64,000 nucleotides of DNA, from contig OX597837.1 in NCBI GenBank assembly GCA_951406725.2, forward strand, positions 45,198,001 through 45,262,000. The letters run 5' to 3'. Below, in pieces: positions 56,293-64,000 of this stretch (its first letter is position 1; every line of letters starts with the position of its first letter). Made by a program: the position numbers and the translations under genes. The notes below the pieces were generated by a model. That model was given only the letters and a program-made list of their open reading frames with translations, was not told where the DNA came from and made no database searches. The DNA is from Octopus vulgaris. Its lineage: Eukaryota.

Positions 56293-57084
56293 GAAATTCG
56301 ATACGTCGCGGTGGAGGTGGTGGCGCCGGTGGTGTAAATGGGGACGGAGGACTTGAAGAGAGATTTGGTTGTTCGTTCCATTATGGTAGGCAGATGGCCA
56401 ATTGTAATATAAACGAGAGTTTAATTAACTTTCAGATCTCAAATGAATTATATGCAAATGAGATTTTGGACAAAAAGAAAATTTATTTTATTTAAATTTT
56501 TTTTATTGATATATTTTATATTATTTATTTTATTTATTTTGTGAAAATAGTAAATTTAATCGAGAAAATAGACCAAGTAATTTTAGAGGGACAAGACGAC
56601 GTTGACGGCAACAACAACAACTTCAGCATGTACAGGAACAACAGCAACAACAGCAACAACAGCAGCAACCACTGTACCGGCAACAGCAACAGCAAAAACG
56701 TGTAACTATTTCAACACCAACAAAAACAACAACAACAACAACAACATTTTATAACATCAGCAACAGCAGCAATGATTTTAACAATAACAACGAGAACAAT
56801 AACAAAAACAACAGAAACAGTAGCAGCGGTAGCAGCAGCAGCAGCGAAAACAAAAACAACACTAATAACAGCAGTAACGATAATGATACCAATAACAAGA
56901 ACAACAACAACAATAATCAGGACAAAAGCAGCAACAAAAAATACGACAAAGATGGCGCCTACTGTAAAAACAACAACAACAACGATAGTAATGGTGTGAC
57001 CAACAGCAACGGTTTCGAACACAACCAGTGGAGACAGAGTAATTTTTTTGGACATTTTTAAAATAATTGCAATATGAATTTTTC

Positions 57085-57652
57085 TACGATTGGTGCGACC
57101 CCATTGTTTAACTGGTACTCATTTCAGTGACTCTGAAAAATGAAAGATAAAGTTTACCTCGGTGGAATTTGAATTAAGAACTTATAGATCGGGAAATAAT
57201 ATCGCCACAAATTTTGTCCGGCGTGCTAGCGATTCTTATTTCTTTATTGCCCACAAGGGGCTAAACACAGAGGGGACAAACAAAGAGAGACAAAGGTATT
57301 AAGTCGATTAGATCAAATCCAGTGCGTAACTGGTACTTAATTTATCGACCCCGAAAGGATGAAAGGCAAAGTCGACCTCGGTGGAATTTGAACTCAGAAC
57401 GTAACTGCAGACGAAATACCTATTTTTTTTACTACCCACAAGGGGCTAAACACAGAGAGGACGAACAAGGACAGACAAACGGATTAAGTCGATTATATCA
57501 ACCCCAGTGCGTAACTGGTACTTAATTTATCGACCCCGAAAGGATGAAAGGAAAAGTCGACCTCGGCGGAATTTGAACTCAGAACGTAGCGGCAAACGAA
57601 ATACTGCTAAGCATTTCGCCCGGCGTGCTAACGTTTCTGCCAGCTCACCGCT
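57085..57652 (-). mobile_element. Head-to-tail trimer of SINE family B
   Basis: Head at 57652, junctions ~57420 and ~57235; the distal unit is much more diverged. Confidence 0.88.
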
Positions 57653-57984
57653 TTAAGAATAGCAATAATAATCATCGCACAACACTGTGATTCTATCGGA
57701 GAAATTTGCAGAGGGTCAGTCGCTGATTTAGACTTCAGGAATGTAACGCAGTTGTTTTTGTGTTTTTTTAACGAGGAAAAATACTCAGACACGCTATCCG
57801 CAAGCAAAACAATACTTTAGTACCACTAACTTAACGTTACTCTTTCCATGCAGAGTGCATCTAGGAGTAAAATCCTACAGAAGTGTATATTTTCTATATG
57901 TTAAATTCTCGCAACTATTCGTATGCAATGTTCTACACCAGCTTAGTGAATCCCTCATCACAACTTCGTCAAATACGTTGAAAC

Positions 57985-58032
<48 letters not shown>

Positions 58033-58259
58033 TTTATTATTTCTAAATCTCTCAACGGGAGATATACAGTAACAATATTTTAAAATGAATATTTTTTGCC
58101 AACTTAAAGTAACATTCCTTCCAACCGGGACTGCCACATTAAGTTGACAAATAATATTCACCATATATAGATATATTTATATATATTTAAGGCACGTGAT
58201 AAATTTTTTTTTTTTGAAAAATTTCATTAGAAGTGTATGTGTGTGTGTGTGTATGAGCA

Positions 58260-58396
58260 TGACAGGCTTCTTTCAGTTTCCATCATCCAAATCCTCTCAC
58301 AACGCTTTGGTGATTCGCGTCTACAGTTACCAGGCAGTGGGTTTGAAACCGGAACCATCTTGTTGAGAAGCAAATTTCTCACCACACAGCCAAGCT
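58260..58396 (-). mobile_element. SINE family A 5' half, decayed
   Basis: GGCTTCTTTCAGTTTCC...CCGGAACCA...ACCACACAGCCA. Confidence 0.7.
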
Positions 58397-58870
58397 TGTG
58401 ATACTAGAATTATAGTTTATGGAAATATGGGACAACATGATGATTTGTAATTTTATCGATAATGGATATGTGTTGGTGGTGAGGGTCAGCTGTTGGGTGA
58501 TTTATATTCCAACAATTTGATGACAGGGTTGATAACCTGTATTACAGTGGCCAAGATTAGTGAGAGGAAGAATGGAGAAACCACGATCTGTGAAGTACAG
58601 CCGACCCGTAGCATTAGTCTACAGTTGCTGTCTACAGAATTTCACATGCATTTCTCTTTACTGAATACATTATACAATCTAGCCTATTGTGAAAGAGCAG
58701 ATAGTCACGCCTGGGATATCTTTCTTCGTGCATTTGCTAATTCAGGCCTAATTTAGAGCTAAACAACAAAATCAATAACGCTAGACAACATATGTTTGGT
58801 TGTCAGATAAATTCTTTCGTTGCTGGAGGTGGGTGTTTCTCATTACTTTTTACTCTATACGCCCTATATA

Positions 58871-59082
58871 TAAAGGGCTGCAGTAAAGTTCCTGGCTTTG
58901 GGTAAAAGAAAATAAAGAAGGATCAGTTAATTATGTTTTTATTCAACGTATCCCCACACAGGTTCAGACACTTAGTGCAGCAGTCCTTCAATATTTCAAT
59001 ATTTCTAAGAACTCGGAAGTTTGGGACCCCAGCCATGCCTTTCTCAGTATCCTTAAAGTCAGGAACTTTTCAGCGCCCTCTA
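58871..59082. mobile_element. Mariner-type MITE
   Basis: TIRs AGGGCTGCAGTAAAGTTCCTGGCTTT and AAAGTCAGGAACTTTTCAGCGCCCTC, TA flanks. Confidence 0.75.
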
Positions 59083-59118
59083 TACTTAGTCTTCACCTCA
59101 ACCCTATTCTTATTTTAA

Positions 59119-59350
59119 TGGCGGCGAGCTGGCAGAAACGTTAGCACGCCGGAAGAAATGCTTAGCGGTATTTCGTCTGCCGCTACGTTCTGAGTTCAAA
59201 TTCCGCCGAGGTCGACATCGCCTTTCATCCTTTCGGGGTCGATTAAATAAGTACCAGTCACGAACTGGGGTCGATATAATCGATTTAATCCGTTTGTCTG
59301 TCCTTGTTTGTCCCCTCTTTGTTTAGCCCCTTGTGGGTAGTAAAGAAATA
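59119..59350 (+). mobile_element. SINE family B, full-length monomer
   Basis: GGCGGCGAGCTGGCAGAAACGTTAGC head through GTAAAGAAATA tail. Confidence 0.92.
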
Positions 59351-59378
59351 AATAAGTATTCTTATTTTAGTGTCCTTT

Positions 59379-59420
59379 GTCTGAAATCTTTCGTCACACA
59401 TCCTGTGACCTTTTCAACGA
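59379..59420 (-). ncRNA. Decayed HHR-like motif (family also at 4357-4390)
   Basis: Minus TTGAAAA-G-GTCACA-GGATG-TGTGAC-GAAA-GATTTC; the 4357 copy keeps stem II and GAAA but lacks the 5' core. Confidence 0.45.
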
Positions 59421-59639
59421 CTCTCCATTCCACGTGCCTCATCCTGTTCTGTTTAGTTTATTCAGTCTCTTTTTTTACCAACAACTTTTATCTCTGTCGT
59501 TTACGACGACAAATGTTGATCTCATCAACATAACAGCCTGCTCGTGGAATTAACATGGAAGTAGCTGAGCACTCCACAGACACTTGTACCCTTAACATAG
59601 TTCCCAGGGAGATTCAGTACGTTATAAGGTTGGTCCTTC

Positions 59640-60050
59640 GACGTGTGGCTGAGGATTGTCGTGTTGAAGAAGTACGTCGTGTCGCCGGTCGAATCGTTTC
59701 AGCTGGCTTTTCCGTCAAGTGACAGGTATGACCAACAGTATCATGAAAGCATCTCACCTGATGGAACCAATTCCTTCATAGATTTGGCGTGGGTCTTCCT
59801 GTATGAGCTGCTTCAATCGGTCCACATTGAACAGAAAACAGGTCGGCCAGAACACGGAGAGTCCGTGAGATCGAATCTCCCTTCCTTGAAGCAGAAAAAC
59901 GACTTCTTTGCTGGTCTTTCATCAATAGGGCCTTCTCAGTACAAAGAAGAAATATCTCGTGCGATTTTCGCAGCTTTGGAACGTTGATTGAAAGCGAATA
60001 AAAGCAGGTGTCGAAAACACTCTTTTATTCTTTCTACTTGGTACTCATGG
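59640..60050 (-). pseudogene. Internally deleted mariner transposase
   Basis: EYQVERIKECFRHLLLFAFNQRSKAAKIARDI..Y*EG.I.ER.AK..F..FKEGRFDLTDSPCSGRP, then VLLQHDNPQPHV (second catalytic D motif). Confidence 0.85.
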
Positions 60051-60485
60051 AAAGAGATAAAATTCAAATTTCAAAAACGATGAACAAAAGTTGTTGAGGA
60101 GAAATAAAGTTACGAACCTTCTAAAACACAAACATGAAAATATTTTTTGTGTAACTTCAAATAACATTGGAAAGAAACGAATAGATTCAACTGAGAATTC
60201 CATATAAAAGTATGATTATACGACGCTTTTTACTCCATTAAGGATTGTATGTTTACACACGAAACATCGAGGTGTTAAATTTCGGAATCTCATAGACTTC
60301 AATATGTTACAGAGCGGGAATATAAATTATGGCATTCCTTGGATATTTAGGTTTTCATCTCTACAGAAATTTTAAGTAGCTCTATCTCAAGACATTGAGT
60401 ACCGAAACTATGACGTTTTTATATCAGTATAAAACAGCATTCCGTATATTGCAATATTTAAGATTAAATGTATATTATATACAGA

Positions 60486-60526
<41 letters not shown>

Positions 60527-60802
60527 ACAAATAGAGAGATAAATAAAAACATAAAATGATTCATACATATGTATATACCTACATGCAAAAGTGCACGTAT
60601 ACATATATACATATACATGTGTATATCTATATATTTACATATATATATTTATGTATATGTATATATATATACATATATGTATGTATATATACATATATAT
60701 GCATATATATGCATATATATAAATATATACATATATATATATACATATATTTATATACACACATGTATATATATATATATATATTCATATATGTGTATAC
60801 AT

Positions 60803-60844
<42 letters not shown>

Positions 60845-61488
60845 TTATATATATAAATGTTTATATGTATGTAACTATATAAACATACATACAGACATAC
60901 ATACGTATGCGTGCGAGAATACACAACTATGTAAGTTTGTATAAATACACACACACAAACACACACATACATATACACATATAGGGAGGGTGAAAGAGAA
61001 AGAAAGAAAGAAAGAGCGAAGGCGAGAGCGAGGGAGTGTGTGTGTGTGTGCGTGCGTGTGTAGTGTGTGTGCATGGTCGTATGGGAATACATATTTTGTA
61101 AGACATTACATTTTATTGGGTTTTTTTTTTCTCCGCGACTTGAATACTTCTCCGTCTTCGAGAAAATGTCCGACTGATGTTACACTCTGAAATAACCGAG
61201 ACGCCATCTTATCGCTGACATGGCGAAGCCATTAGACTCTCTGTCCTACAATAGGTCCCAGCAGATGAAGAAATCCGTGCCGGCGCATTAGCAGAAATCA
61301 CTGCGCCACATTTCGACGGCCTTCATCGATATTATAACACATATTTTATCACTTATTCGCTCTCACGCAAACAATATTACTCCCCCACATTGCACACAGT
61401 CTCTCTTTCTCTCCTTCCTTTTTCTCCGCCCCCACCTCTATCTCTCCCTCTCTCGCTCTCTTTCTCTTGTTCTCTCTATTTCCTTTTG

Positions 61489-61531
<43 letters not shown>

Positions 61532-61683
61532 TATTTAGGTCTACGTGCTGAAAGTGTGTTCGTTGTATGTCAATAAAGGAAAATCATAAATTGCGCATGC
61601 ACTTCTACGTGTTTCATATGCAATTTTTGTATGTTTATACATGGAAAAGGATTTTATAATAGATACATACATACATACATACA

Positions 61684-61715
<32 letters not shown>

Positions 61716-61748
61716 CATATGTATATTTATTTATCTATGTATATATAT

Positions 61749-61795
<47 letters not shown>

Positions 61796-61868
61796 TATAC
61801 ATATGCATGCACGTTAAATACACATATATATTAACATATACATATTCATACATATGTACATATCTTTA

Positions 61869-61916
<48 letters not shown>

Positions 61917-62063
61917 CAGGCATACACACACACTTATAAAGCAACTGTTTTGTGTAAAAGAGTTCAGACAAACACCTCTATATATAACACCCACGCCTAT
62001 TTGTATGTACATATACAGGCGTGTATATGTGTGTGTGTATACCTATATATATACATATATCTG

Positions 62064-62135
<72 letters not shown>

Positions 62136-62802
62136 TATACGTATGGATATATGTGTGTGTGGGTGTACATAAGGAAATGTCTACAGTTATGGCAAAAACG
62201 ACGTAACTTTCAGAAAGTCGTTCACATCTATGCTAAGAACATTCTAAACCAAAACGTATGCAAGACTCGTGTGTCTTGTTTGGAATTTGTGTTCTTTAAA
62301 GCCACCTGCCTACGATCATAAATCCCTAAATTTATGAAATATTGTAACTGCTTAATGTTTTTAAATCCCCCAGAGATTTTCTCTGAAATTTTACAATGAC
62401 AAAAACTTTGCTATTAATAATTATTCTGTAGATATTAATTATTATTTAATAATCTCATTGGCTATTTGCGATACCAGTGCAGGAATAGACGCTGAGATTC
62501 TATACATTGCTGACGGGGAATGGGTTGCTATATCTAGCGAAATATCTGTCATTGACAAGGCCAAGGAAGGTCGATATCATGTGAATTGGCGGTTCCTGAG
62601 GCCTCAGCGTACGTTTATCGGCTGCTAGGGATATAAACACGCGTGCTTTTATGCACCACAAGTCAATAAGAGGGAACTTCTTATAGTAAATAAAGCAGTG
62701 TTCTTTGGTTCTAACATAACATCTACTTTTATGTGGGTCATAAATATTATTTTCTGGCACTAATACTGCCTCTGCAGCAGTTAATTATATATATATACAC
62801 TG

Positions 62803-62809
62803 ATAGATG

Positions 62810-62876
<67 letters not shown>

Positions 62877-62905
62877 GGATGGATAGATAGATAGATAGAT
62901 AGATG

Positions 62906-62968
<63 letters not shown>

Positions 62969-62975
62969 GGATATG

Positions 62976-63038
<63 letters not shown>

Positions 63039-63056
63039 GGATAGATAGATAGATAG
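62803..63056. repeat. (GATA)n/(GGAT)n microsatellite
   Basis: Read directly. Confidence 0.95.
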
Positions 63057-63191
63057 GTATGTGTATAAGAATGTATGTATGTACATATATGTGTAAGCAT
63101 GTATGTACGTATATATATATATATCTATATATATATATATATATACAGATCCATTTTTATGCATATATGTGTATGTATATGTGCATGTATT

Positions 63192-63248
<57 letters not shown>

Positions 63249-64000
63249 GTGGGGTGTGTATATATTTATATATGTATATATATTCAGTGAGAGGAACAGG
63301 AAGAGAATTATTAAGATAATTATATTCACACGCATGTATGTATCACTTTCAGTACAGTCCTGTATGTGTCCATGTGTGCACATCTCCAATTCATATGTCT
63401 ATGTATACACACACAAATGTGCGTGCGTGCACATTTGTGCATATGTATGTGCGTGCGTGTGTGTGCGTGTGTGTCTGTGTGTCTATGTATTTCCATTTCG
63501 GGATGCCTTATATCGCCAGCGAAGGAGTAAGTGCTGTGTCTGTGGCGATGTTGATACAGAAGCCATAGTCGTGTGTCTGTAATCTCAATATGAAATGACT
63601 ATATTTTTCTTTCAAGTACGCTGGGAACATTGATATTAATTATTATCTTTCAGAGATTGTATTAGCAAAGGCGCCGTGTCTTAATGTATAATGTATCCAG
63701 TTTAGCACGCTTGTATATCTAACCTATACTTTTAATTAGCTTAGTGAATACACGCACACAGGCACGCACGCATGCACACACACACGTGCACATACATGCA
63801 TAGATACACGCACGCACAGACGCGCGCACGCACACACTTATATATATGCATATATGTGTGTGCTTATGTTTATGTATATACACACATATATATATATATA
63901 CATATATGTATGTGAAATGGATTCTCTCTGAGCATGTGTTGGTGTATAAATATATATTTGTGCGTGTACATGTATACATACATATTTATATATGCGTGTG

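Noticed and set aside
61100-61190. Minus-strand terminal exon (TTATTTCAG acceptor, AATAAA)
   Set aside because: Such signals are common by chance in AT-rich DNA; no upstream exon identified

Overview
AT-rich eukaryotic intergenic or intronic DNA saturated with microsatellites. The SINE repertoire is strongly octopus-like (inferred from recalled family sequences, not from a search). I find no host protein-coding exon, and almost every ORF in the track is a translated microsatellite. The recognisable content is: (i) at least four tRNA-headed SINE families, one forming head-to-tail arrays; (ii) Penelope-like element (PLE) remnants, namely a decayed RT (FQFDI, GLYRDDGL) at about 44.7-47.2 kb, a GIY-YIG endonuclease end at about 44.2-44.6 kb, and about ten short fragments carrying minimal hammerhead-ribozyme (HHR) motifs from several sequence families, often as inverted pairs around microsatellites; (iii) CR1-group LINE 3' ends sitting in (TA)n tracts, whose terminal hairpin is shared with one SINE family; (iv) DNA transposons, including a Buster-type hAT split by a Helitron, mariner and maT remnants, and MITEs (one with a telomere-like core); (v) a ~3.7 kb stratified palindrome at 52-55.7 kb with apparently identical 1084-bp inner arms. 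Coordinates were read by eye and are approximate unless a TSD or TIR is quoted.
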